DNA of 64,000 bases from Verrucomicrobiota bacterium (lineage in GTDB: Bacteria > Verrucomicrobiota > Verrucomicrobiia > Opitutales > Seribacteraceae). Shown piece by piece: positions 23,924 through 33,004 of this stretch. The stretch is taken from NCBI GenBank assembly GCA_027622665.1, contig JAQBYT010000015.1, positions 18,178 to 82,177 on the forward strand, read 5' to 3'. Every line of letters starts with the position of its first letter. Positions within the stretch are counted from its first letter, which is position 1. The notes beneath the pieces were generated by a model. That model worked only from the letters and a program-made list of their open reading frames with translations, was not told the DNA's origin and made no database searches. The position numbers and the translations under genes were made by a program.

Positions 23924-25705
23924 ATGAACACACAAACCATCAAAGAAGAACAACCTCTACCCGAAGGCGAGCAAGGATCCGCCATGAATGGGGCAGACGC
24001 CTTGGTGGCGTCCCTCGAGCGTGAGGGAGTGGAGGTCGTGTTCGCCTATCCGGGTGGCGCCTCGATGGAATTGCACCAGTCGCTCACTCGTTCAAAGAGC
24101 ATCCGCACTATCCTTCCCCGCCAGGAACAAGGCGGGGGATTCATGGCTCACGGTTATGCCCGTGCCACGGGCAAGGCGGGTGTCTGCATGGCCACTTCCG
24201 GCCCCGGCGCCACCAACCTTGTGACCTGTATCGCCGACGCCTACATGGACAGCATTCCACTCATTGCCATCACGGGGCAGGTATACCAGCAGTTTATCGG
24301 CAAGAGCGCCTTTCAGGAGACCGACTTCTTCGGTATGACTCTCCCCGTGGTTAAACACAGCTACCTCGTGCTGGATGCGGAAGACCTTCCGCGAGTCGTC
24401 AAGGAAGCTTTCTATCTCGCCGAAAGCGGTCGCCCCGGTCCCGTCGTCATCGATATCCCCAAGGATGTCCAGCAGGCTGTCTTCGAGCCATTTTTTCCTG
24501 CAGAGGTCGGCGACATCCCAGGATACAAGTTGGATCTTCCCAAAGCCAGCGACGACGAATTGACAGAAGTGCTGCGACTCATCACCGAAGCCAAAAAGCC
24601 CGTCCTCTACACCGGCGGTGGCATCATCTCCGCCGACGCTCACGAGGAGCTAAAGGAATTCGCAGAGGTCACCGGGCTCCCCGTCACTCACACCTTGATG
24701 GGCTTGGGAGTCTTCGATCCCGCCCACCCGCAGTCCCTCTACTGGTATGGCATGCACGGCACCGTGGCAGGCAACTGGGCCGTATGCGAGAGCGACCTCC
24801 TACTCTGCGCCGGCGCTCGCTTCGACGACCGCATCACGGGCAAGGTCGACAAATATGCCCAAGAGGCCTACGTCATCCACTTCGACGTAGACAAGTCCGA
24901 GCACAGCAAGAACGTTCACGCACACTTCCCCATCCGGACCGACATCAAGTACGCCCTCAAGCGGCTCTGCGAACTGGCAAAGGAACAAGGCTTCCAAAAG
25001 CCCGACCTTACCGAATGGTTCACCTCTCTCGACAAGTGGAAGGAAGAACAACCCTTTCATTATACGAAAGGCGAACACATCACTTCTCAAGAAGCCGTCG
25101 AGGCCCTCTACGAGGAATCAAAGGGCGAGGCGATCATCACCACAGGCGTCGGCCAACACCAGATGTGGGCCGCCCAGTACTACAAGTTCAAGGAACCCCG
25201 TACCTACATTTCCTCGCTCGGCTTGGGCACCATGGGCTTCGGCTATCCCGCCGCAATCGGCGTAAAGGTGGCTCGCCCGGATAAGGAAGTCATCGACATC
25301 GACGGCGACGGCTCCTTCCTCATGAACGTTCAGGAGCTCGCCACCGCCAAGATCGAAAAGATCAACGCCAAGTGCCTCCTCCTCAACAACCAGCACCTCG
25401 GCATGGTCGTACAATGGGAAGACCGCTTCTACGAAAGCGTCCGCGGCCACACCATACTTTGCGACCCCGAAAACATAGGTGGCCCCGACAACCTAGACGC
25501 CATCTACCCGGACTTCATCACCATGGCCGCCGGATTCGGCGTCAAGGCTCGCCGCATATCCAAGCGGGAAGACTTGCGCGACGGCATTCGCGAAATGCTA
25601 GAGGCCGACGAACCCTACCTCTTGGAAATCATCGTGCCCTACACCGAGCACGTACTCCCCATGATCCCGCAAGGAAAGTCCGCCAAGGAAATCCTTACGG
25701 ACTGA
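23924..25705 (+). CDS. ilvB: Acetolactate synthase large subunit (biosynthetic type)
   Basis: [44 protein letters not shown] motif GDGSFLMN. Confidence 0.96.
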   Translation: MNTQTIKEEQPLPEGEQGSAMNGADALVASLEREGVEVVFAYPGGASMELHQSLTRSKSIRTILPRQEQGGGFMAHGYARATGKAGVCMATSGPGATNLVTCIADAYMDSIPLIAITGQVYQQFIGKSAFQETDFFGMTLPVVKHSYLVLDAEDLPRVVKEAFYLAESGRPGPVVIDIPKDVQQAVFEPFFPAEVGDIPGYKLDLPKASDDELTEVLRLITEAKKPVLYTGGGIISADAHEELKEFAEVTGLPVTHTLMGLGVFDPAHPQSLYWYGMHGTVAGNWAVCESDLLLCAGARFDDRITGKVDKYAQEAYVIHFDVDKSEHSKNVHAHFPIRTDIKYALKRLCELAKEQGFQKPDLTEWFTSLDKWKEEQPFHYTKGEHITSQEAVEALYEESKGEAIITTGVGQHQMWAAQYYKFKEPRTYISSLGLGTMGFGYPAAIGVKVARPDKEVIDIDGDGSFLMNVQELATAKIEKINAKCLLLNNQHLGMVVQWEDRFYESVRGHTILCDPENIGGPDNLDAIYPDFITMAAGFGVKARRISKREDLRDGIREMLEADEPYLLEIIVPYTEHVLPMIPQGKSAKEILTD

Positions 25706-25809
25706 GCACCCAGGAGGCGTTTCGCTCATTCGTGGCACAAAGTCGGGAAACGAAAGTTTTCGGCATCTCGCGGTTGCTCGCAAACCTTCCCTGAATCCCC
25801 AAAAGACCT

Positions 25810-26291
25810 TGTCATTGCGAGCCCGGCAGGGCGTGGCAATCCAGTTTCCTCACTTTTTGTCATTGCGAGGAAGGTCTCGAAGAGAACTGACGTGGCAATC
25901 CAGTCTGAATCGTGGCACGGGATGCCCGGACGACGCGATGGGATGCCCCATGGTTCCGCTGGATTGCCACGTCAGGACTTTGTCCATCCTCGCAATGACA
26001 GGGAGAGAAGTGGTGGGCGAGGCACCATGGTTCGTCACAGTTTAGGAATACCTTAACTCCACGCTGTCATTGCGAACCTGGCAGGGCGTGGCAATCCAGT
26101 CGAGGTCGTCTCCCCCACACGCTGTCATTGCGAGCCCGGCAGGGCATGGCAATCCAGTCGAGGTCATCTCCCCCACACGCTGTCATTGCGAGCCCGGCAG
26201 GGCGTGGCAATCCAGTCGAGGTCGTAATGCGGGATGCCCTACGCGTCCGCTGGATTGCCGCGTCAGGGCTTTGCCCTTCCTCGCAATGACA
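25810..26291. repeat. Cluster of 7 REP-like imperfect palindromes (TGTCATTGCGAG...GTGGCAATCCAG)
   Basis: Forward copies start at 25810, 25858, 26065, 26123 and 26181 (last three tandem, period exactly 58 bp, near-identical linkers). Inverted copies CTGGATTGCC...CTCGCAATGACA end at 26000 and 26291. Confidence 0.9.
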
Positions 26292-26540
26292 AGACAGGGA
26301 AACGAGAAAACCCGAACAGACCAAAGACTTCGGCTCCGAGTACATCTGCTCCACTTCCGTCGTCACCCTGCTCTACTTCGGCGGTTTCGAGAGCAACGCC
26401 ACCCCGCGACAAGAACTCGACCTAATTACTCCCTACCAAGTCGTCCGGGCAAAGGGAAGTTTCGTAAAGCCGCCCACCTTGCCCGGGAAATAATAGCCCC
26501 ACCCTACTCCCCGTGGCGGAATGAGAGATTGAGTCTTGGC

Positions 26541-27944
26541 TCAGGCTTCCACTACGGGAGCAGGCATTTCACGTTCGATCTCGTCGAGGCGGTAACCGAA
26601 GCCGGGACCGTCGATGGTGGAAAGATCCAGGCAACCATGCCTGCGCTGATAGAGACCGGGGTGAACTTTTGCCTCCGGGTTCGAGGCCTCCGGATAAAAC
26701 TGCATGGCGTTGCTTTCCACGCCCATGATGGTGCCCGCATGAGCGCCAAGCAAAACGTGTGGGATTTGAGCGAGCATGGGATTGGTGAGATCCTGCACCA
26801 TTAGGGTCATGCCGTGGGCCTTGGCCCAGCAAAGGGAAAGCAAGGCGCCCGTCTGCGTCTTGCAGGTCTTGAGGGCGACACCTGTCCAACCCAGCTCGCG
26901 ACCGAGGCGAACGTGCTCCCAATCGTGGGCGCTTTCGTCCATGAATAGCGGTTTGCGGGCGGATACGGAGTGCACGTCGATTTGGTGAGTCCGGAGGTCG
27001 TAGGGGAACGGTTGCTCCACGTAGAGGATTTTGGCGTAGGTGAGAGGCTCGTCGACGAGGAGCTGGTCGAGGATGTCGTTGACGTAGGCAGTATCCGTTA
27101 CGGTGCAGTTGAAGTCGGTCGTAAGCCAGTCGACGTCGAGCCTGTTGGCGATGGCGCCGACGGAGGCGAGTCGGTCGTAGTCCCAATCGGCGTCGTTGCC
27201 GCGAAGCTTCACCTTAAGGCACTTTAGACCGTCGTGGGCAATCCAGTCCTCGAGGTGCACGGGGTATCCGTCGTCGGGTTCGTCTCCTGCCAGATCGGCT
27301 GGGGTAAGGGGGTCGAGACCTCCCACGAGATGCCATACGGGTTGGAGGCATTTCGGTGAGGGGAGGAGGTAGTCGGCGGGAGTCTTGCCCTCAAAAGAGA
27401 CTCCGGAACCCTCCGCAGGTTCGAGAAAAGCGGAAAGGTCGCGGTTCAGGTAATCGGGACCGTAGGCTTGGTAGACGGGGAGTCCGTTGATTTTTCCGTA
27501 GGCGTCGTGAAGCGCTATGTCGAAGGCGGAAGCGCACACGAGGGCAGCTAGCCACGGCATAGGTTCTTCTCCGAGGCGAAGCCCGGTATTGTAGTCGCTG
27601 AGGATTTTCGGCAAGCGACCAAAAAGAAAATCATGACCCAGTCCCAAAGCGTGACCGTACGATGAGGTGGAAGAGAACTTTCGGCAGAGACGCGCGGTGA
27701 AATCCTTAAGAGCCTCGTGACGATTCGAATACGGAATAGAAGAAGGCCAAACCCACTGCACGCTGAGCGGGGTTTCCCCCCATCCGGTCGCTTCAATGCC
27801 TCTAGCGTTAGCGACAGTAACGCTAGCACGGGCACAGGTGACGGAAGTGAGAGTTTCCAAACCGAACTTAAGCGGGACACGCGTTTCAACCGGTATGAAA
27901 CGAAGTGAAGCGCTTTCAATTCTTATATCACGATGAGAGGGCAT
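26541..27944 (-). CDS. Mandelate racemase/muconate lactonizing enzyme (enolase superfamily) protein
   Basis: KVKLRG (KxK), metal ligands in TTDFN, VEQPF and MDES; N-terminal RVPLKFG. The track start at 27986 is an alternative. Confidence 0.8.
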   Translation of the reverse strand: MPSHRDIRIESASLRFIPVETRVPLKFGLETLTSVTCARASVTVANARGIEATGWGETPLSVQWVWPSSIPYSNRHEALKDFTARLCRKFSSTSSYGHALGLGHDFLFGRLPKILSDYNTGLRLGEEPMPWLAALVCASAFDIALHDAYGKINGLPVYQAYGPDYLNRDLSAFLEPAEGSGVSFEGKTPADYLLPSPKCLQPVWHLVGGLDPLTPADLAGDEPDDGYPVHLEDWIAHDGLKCLKVKLRGNDADWDYDRLASVGAIANRLDVDWLTTDFNCTVTDTAYVNDILDQLLVDEPLTYAKILYVEQPFPYDLRTHQIDVHSVSARKPLFMDESAHDWEHVRLGRELGWTGVALKTCKTQTGALLSLCWAKAHGMTLMVQDLTNPMLAQIPHVLLGAHAGTIMGVESNAMQFYPEASNPEAKVHPGLYQRRHGCLDLSTIDGPGFGYRLDEIEREMPAPVVEA

Positions 27945-28026
27945 ATGGTAATCAACATGTAATCCGGATGGATGGTCAAACTCCATTGCTCAAAGGTTTT
28001 GCTTTTCCTATCCGCAAATAATTGCG

Positions 28027-28761
28027 ATGATGGATGGAATTATGGACGGGGAGATAATAGGTCTTTTTGCACTTTTAGTAGGTCTGGAGTTGATTCTGGG
28101 CGTGGACAACGTGTTGGTCATCGCCATTCTCGTTTCTCGACTGCCCGAGGAAAAACGAAACCTGAGCCGGAATTTCGGCCTGAGCCTCGCCATGGTAGCC
28201 CGAATCGTGATGATAATCGGGGGTCTGCAACTAATTGAATTGACGGAACCCGCATGGCCAAACGGACCCGGATGGTTTGCCTATTCCATAAGGGACCTCG
28301 CCTTGATGGCGGGTGGACTGTTTCTGATTTGGAAGGCGGTGAAGGAAATTCACTCGACAGTGGAACTGGAAGAGGAACATGCGCCAAGTGGTGTAGGGTC
28401 AAGCTTTGGGTACGCCATCACGCAGATCGTGCTTCTCGACATCGTGTTTTCCTTGGACTCAGTGATCACTGCAGTGGGTCTGACCAACAATCTAATCGTC
28501 ATAATCACGGCCGTTGTACTTTCCTTTGGCGTAATACTTTTCTTCGCCAAGCCGATTGGTGAATTCATTCTGGCCAACGTCTCAATCAAGATATTGGCCT
28601 TGGCTTTCCTCATCGTGATCGGGATCACCATCTTTGTGGAAGGCATGGGGCAGCACGTGGACAAAAAGCTCATCTACATGCCGATGGGCTTTGCCATGGT
28701 CATCCAATTTCTACAGATACGACACAATAAAAACAAGGAAAAGTTGAGTGACGAGAGCTAA
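28027..28761 (+). CDS. TerC family membrane protein
   Basis: LELILGVDNVLVI, DIVFSLDSVITAVG, multiple TM helices. Confidence 0.93.
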   Translation: MMDGIMDGEIIGLFALLVGLELILGVDNVLVIAILVSRLPEEKRNLSRNFGLSLAMVARIVMIIGGLQLIELTEPAWPNGPGWFAYSIRDLALMAGGLFLIWKAVKEIHSTVELEEEHAPSGVGSSFGYAITQIVLLDIVFSLDSVITAVGLTNNLIVIITAVVLSFGVILFFAKPIGEFILANVSIKILALAFLIVIGITIFVEGMGQHVDKKLIYMPMGFAMVIQFLQIRHNKNKEKLSDES

Positions 28762-28811
28762 TCGAATCTTTGACGAACTGTTCCGGGAACCTCTTAGACC
28801 AACACGAAGCC

Positions 28812-29630
28812 ATGAGTAACGAACCGCCCAAAGCCTACCGCAACGAACATTTCCTAAACAGTCACGAGGCACGCGCCATACGAGTGCAGTGCGAACTGAT
28901 CGAACCGGAACGCAGGTTACTTGAAAACGAGGTGAATAACACTCTGGTTTTCTTCGGTTCAGCTCGATCCAAAGACCCCGAGGTCGCCCAAAAGGAACTG
29001 GATTACTTGCTTGAAGATCTCCCCACTGAAACAGAGCGCACGCCCGAGCAAGTAGAAAAGTTAAGAAAGGCGGAACAAGTGGTGCGCCTATCCAAGTACT
29101 ACGGGGAGGCGGTCGAACTATCCAGGATGCTCACCGAATGGTCCCTCAAGATTCGGGATGCCGACCAGCAATTCCTCGTTTGCTCGGGGGGAGGCCCCGG
29201 CATGATGGAAGCCGCCAACAAGGGAGCACACGAAGCGGGCGGGAAATCAATTGGCCTGGGAATCAGCCTGCCTTTCGAGCAAGGCGTAAATGAATTCGCG
29301 TCGCCTGAGCTATCATTCGAGTTCCACTATTTTTTCGTACGAAAGTTTTATTTTCTTTACCATGCAAAGGCTCTCATCGTGTTTCCCGGTGGTTTCGGGA
29401 CAATGGACGAACTATTTGAAACCCTCACTCTCATACAAACCCAAAAGCTCGGCAAAAAAATCCCCATCGTACTTTATGGGAAAGATTTCTGGGATGGCCT
29501 AATCAATTTCGAAAAGTACGCCGAATGGGGTGTCATTTCTCCCGGCGACCTTGAGCTTTTTCAAATTGTCGACGACGTGCAAACGGCTTACGACCTAGTG
29601 CTCGAGGGCATTAAACCTTACTACCTCTAA
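28812..29630 (+). CDS. LOG family (nucleotide monophosphate phosphoribohydrolase / Rossmann-fold) protein
   Basis: FFGSAR, GGGPGMMEAANKGA, YFFVRK, PGGFGTMDE. Confidence 0.9.
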   Translation: MSNEPPKAYRNEHFLNSHEARAIRVQCELIEPERRLLENEVNNTLVFFGSARSKDPEVAQKELDYLLEDLPTETERTPEQVEKLRKAEQVVRLSKYYGEAVELSRMLTEWSLKIRDADQQFLVCSGGGPGMMEAANKGAHEAGGKSIGLGISLPFEQGVNEFASPELSFEFHYFFVRKFYFLYHAKALIVFPGGFGTMDELFETLTLIQTQKLGKKIPIVLYGKDFWDGLINFEKYAEWGVISPGDLELFQIVDDVQTAYDLVLEGIKPYYL

Positions 29631-31948
29631 TCGGCGCGGGCCCGCACTTGAGATAAAAAAGCTTTGGCCTGTGGGTTTCCGGGCATGAGTTGGACCACAC
29701 TTTCGGCAAATGGGAGGGCATCCTTCCAGCGGTTTTCTTGGCCGTAGAGTTGAGCCAAGGCTTGAGGGAACTCGGGATTTGCAGGTTCTAACTTGTAGGC
29801 GACTTTAATTGCCGACGCGGCCTTTTCCCTTTGCTCCAATTGCCAATACGCCACGCCTAGGTTGAAATGAATTCTTGGGTTTTCCGGCATAATGGAGGCA
29901 GCCCGAGACAAGCGTTGGGCAGCTTCGTCTAGGCGATTTTGGTCCTCGGCCAAAAGGAGTCCGAGGGAGTAGTGTCCTTGCCCCCAATCCGGCTCAAGAC
30001 GGACGACTTGGCGAAGAAGCTTTTCCGCCTCTCGATTGCGCCCTCTTTGATTAAGCAGGGTTGCAAGATTCATTCGAGCCGGAACAAAGGTTTCCTCCCT
30101 CTCTATGGCAGCTTTGTAGTAGCGTTCGGCATCCCGAGGATTCCCTTGGTTTTCGGCGAGGTTACCAAGAGAAAGGTTGGCCTCGGGGCGATCGAGGTTG
30201 CTCAAGAAGCGAGCCTTCAGTTCACGGAATGCTATGTCGAACTGCTTCTTTTCCTCCGGAGTAAAAATATGAGAAGGAAGACGAGAAAGTACTCGCGCTG
30301 CCTCTGTCCGAACGGAAAGAATCGGGTCTTTCAGTATAGGGCCCAGAGTCTGCTTCAGTTCGTTGTCGGGAAGATTCTCAAGAGTGTTGACCGCGGCAAC
30401 TCGCATGATGGGATTAGGATCAGTGGTGCGCACGCGAGCCTCGGCAAAGCTGGCGGGGCTAAGAAAACTTCGTAGGGCCAGCAAGGCTCCGGATCTACTG
30501 AAGACAGGCGACTCCAGGTCACGAACAGTACCCAAAAGAAGTTTCTCCGCCTCGGGCTTGCGATTGCGGAATGCATGAAAGGCCTCGGGGTGACGCACTT
30601 CCCGAGGACGATCCGGCCCCTTGAACTCTTCCACCTTTGCCGCGGCCCAAGCTGCGTCTTTGTCATCGTGGCAGCGGTTGCAGGCGTTGGGGGTGCCGTA
30701 CTTAACACTGAGATCGGGACGGGGAATACGGATGCTGTGGTCGCGCCTCGGGTCCACCACCATGTAGGTCTTTTCCGGCATATGGCACTCCACGCATTGA
30801 GCTCCTTTGGATCCCATTGGATGGAAATGGTGGGCAGGCGAATCATAGAGCGTAGGATTGTCGGGTTTCGGCAAATGACAACGCATGCATAGCTGGTTGC
30901 CTTTGACGTAAGTTCGAGCGGTGTGCGGGTCGTGACAATCCGCGCACTTTACGCCCTTGTGGAACATCTTGCTTTGGATAAAAGATCCGAAGACATAGAC
31001 CTCATCGTCGATTTGACCGTCCACGTGATAGGTCGGAGCGCTCATGCCGGGGGCCCACGGTTGGGCGACCTCGGGAAGAAAATGATCGAGAAACCTCGAA
31101 CCGACGTGATGTCCGGGATGCACGAATCCGCGACGAGCGTGGCACTTTGCGCAGGACTCGACCTGAAGCTTGTTGGAACTGTTTACGTCGGCGAGTCCGT
31201 AGTGGGTCATGCCCTGCCAACCATTATCCGCCTTCGCCATTTCCACATGCTTGCGACCGGGGCCATGGCAAGCTTCACAGGCAACGGTCATCTCGGAATA
31301 AGAAGTGGTGAACTTTCGTGTTTTGGGATCATATCCCTTGCGCAGGTTGGTCGAATGGCAGTCGGCGCACATGTGATCCCAGTTCTGCATGGAGCGAGTC
31401 CAAAAGAGAGGATCGTTGGGCTTGATGTGTTCGTCGGTATAAATGTGATACCATTGTTTGCCCTCGACGTCCCAGCAAGTGGGCAAGACCTGCATGCGAC
31501 CATCGGGAAATTGGACGAGGTATTGCTGCAGAGGTTCCCAACCGAAAGTGTGCTTCACTTGAAAAGTTTCCATTTCACCCTTCTGGTTTTCCGTTTCCAC
31601 CATGTACTTGTCTCCTTCCCGAAAAAAACGAGAAAAGACGCCGTAACGCTCGAAAGTGGTGTTGTTGAAATCGCCACGCACAGTTTCAGGCGTAGGTAAC
31701 TCCATGGCATGGAAGTGATGAGAACCGCGCCACTTCTCGTGCTGCTCCGCATGGCATTGAACACAGGTCGAGACACCGACGTACTCGTCGAGACGAGGGT
31801 CTCCAATCGAGTCAACTGATCGGCCCGTAGAATTTGAGACCGAACCGTCGCCGCATGAGGAAAGTAACCACAGCACCCCAAGGAGCAGAGCCACGGGAAA
31901 TATCGATGAAATTAGTTTTAGTCTATATCTCACTAAATCATTAAGCAT
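29627..31948 (-). CDS. Multiheme (8 CxxCH) cytochrome c lipoprotein with HEAT/TPR repeats
   Basis: Lipobox LLSSC; CVQCH, CADCH, CEACH, CAKCH, CADCH, CMRCH, CVECH, CNRCH; DHSIRIPRP; C-terminal TPRs. Confidence 0.9.
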   Translation of the reverse strand: MLNDLVRYRLKLISSIFPVALLLGVLWLLSSCGDGSVSNSTGRSVDSIGDPRLDEYVGVSTCVQCHAEQHEKWRGSHHFHAMELPTPETVRGDFNNTTFERYGVFSRFFREGDKYMVETENQKGEMETFQVKHTFGWEPLQQYLVQFPDGRMQVLPTCWDVEGKQWYHIYTDEHIKPNDPLFWTRSMQNWDHMCADCHSTNLRKGYDPKTRKFTTSYSEMTVACEACHGPGRKHVEMAKADNGWQGMTHYGLADVNSSNKLQVESCAKCHARRGFVHPGHHVGSRFLDHFLPEVAQPWAPGMSAPTYHVDGQIDDEVYVFGSFIQSKMFHKGVKCADCHDPHTARTYVKGNQLCMRCHLPKPDNPTLYDSPAHHFHPMGSKGAQCVECHMPEKTYMVVDPRRDHSIRIPRPDLSVKYGTPNACNRCHDDKDAAWAAAKVEEFKGPDRPREVRHPEAFHAFRNRKPEAEKLLLGTVRDLESPVFSRSGALLALRSFLSPASFAEARVRTTDPNPIMRVAAVNTLENLPDNELKQTLGPILKDPILSVRTEAARVLSRLPSHIFTPEEKKQFDIAFRELKARFLSNLDRPEANLSLGNLAENQGNPRDAERYYKAAIEREETFVPARMNLATLLNQRGRNREAEKLLRQVVRLEPDWGQGHYSLGLLLAEDQNRLDEAAQRLSRAASIMPENPRIHFNLGVAYWQLEQREKAASAIKVAYKLEPANPEFPQALAQLYGQENRWKDALPFAESVVQLMPGNPQAKAFLSQVRARAD

Positions 31949-32120
31949 GAAGATTCCCGCTAGATTTGCAACACGCGCCTAATACTATTAGTATTTCAAG
32001 CAATCAAGGAATGAATTGATGCAATTGTTAATAAAAACCTTGAAAAAGCAGAACCTCGTATTCAAAAAAAGTAAATCACCTGAGCATCCCACAACCTGCG
32101 AAACTAATGAATGAGCGACC

Positions 32121-32954
32121 ATGAGCGCGATTTACATCTCTAAAAACGGACAGCAACTCGGACCATACTCAGTCGAGCAAATAAACGAAATGCTCGAGCA
32201 ACAACAGGCTCTACTTACTGATGACGCCTGGATGGAAGGCATGCAAGGATGGGAACCCATAAACTCCGAGGCTTTTGCTGATCTCGAAATCGGTCAAAGC
32301 GCAGCGAGCGATACAGCAGAGGTGTCTACTCAGCCTAGTCAAGCCCCAACGCAAGCTTCCTCCGCTCTGGTGGAAACTGCGGTTCCCACCGGCGGAGGAA
32401 GTTTTAGCATCGGAGACTCGTTGTCCGAAGGTTTTGGTTTTTTCAAGGCGAATGCCGGGGCGAGCATTTTGTTCGTATTAATTAGCGGAGTCGTAGGAGC
32501 AATTCCTTTCGTCGGAGCTCTTCTCATGCCTTTAATGTCAATCAATTTCATGGCTGGAGTTAAAAGGTATCGAAACAACGCTACCCCATTTGAAATGGGC
32601 CAACTTTTCGACTTCTCCCATGCCGTCGATAAAATCGTTGGGGCATTGGTTGTAGGAATTTTAATCATGATCGGAATGATCTTTCTAATTGTGCCCGGAA
32701 TTATTCTCGCCCTCATGTGGGCCTTCCTTTACTGCGTTTTGGCGGATCGACCGGGAACGTCTTTCACCGAAGCGATGAAGATTTCGGCGGCAGTCACAAA
32801 GGGAAATCGCTTCTCAATATTCCTATTTATGATCGTTTGCTCTTTGCTGGCCTTTGTCAGCATGATTCCTTTGGGTCTCGGACTACTCGTTACGATTCCC
32901 ATGATTCAAGCCGCCATGTACTGCGCTTACGAAAGCTGCAAAGGGAACTCGTAA
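32121..32954 (+). CDS. GYF_2 (DUF4339) domain membrane protein
   Basis: IYISKNGQQLGPYS...AWMEGMQGW, followed by a multi-TM domain (LIVPGIIL...AMKISAAVTKGN). Confidence 0.8.
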   Translation: MSAIYISKNGQQLGPYSVEQINEMLEQQQALLTDDAWMEGMQGWEPINSEAFADLEIGQSAASDTAEVSTQPSQAPTQASSALVETAVPTGGGSFSIGDSLSEGFGFFKANAGASILFVLISGVVGAIPFVGALLMPLMSINFMAGVKRYRNNATPFEMGQLFDFSHAVDKIVGALVVGILIMIGMIFLIVPGIILALMWAFLYCVLADRPGTSFTEAMKISAAVTKGNRFSIFLFMIVCSLLAFVSMIPLGLGLLVTIPMIQAAMYCAYESCKGNS

Positions 32955-32961
32955 TCGAAAA

Positions 32962-32997
32962 CTTCTCCCCTTTTGCCTAAAGGAAAGGGGAAAGAAA
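32962..32997. terminator. Possible bidirectional terminator between the GYF_2 gene and recQ
   Basis: TTCTCCCCTTTT-GCCT-AAAGGAAAGGGGAAAGAA imperfect stem between convergent stops. Confidence 0.4.
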
Positions 32998-33004
32998 TTT
33001 ACTC

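Noticed and set aside
26060..26225. CRISPR array (36-bp repeats at a 58-bp period)
   Set aside because: The linkers are near-identical rather than unique spacers, copies also occur inverted, and no cas genes are in the window.
25809..26804. ORFs spanning the repeat cluster (25809-26045, 26067-26366, 26070-26804)
   Set aside because: These are translations of palindromic repeats or antisense to the enolase-family gene, with no protein-like signal.
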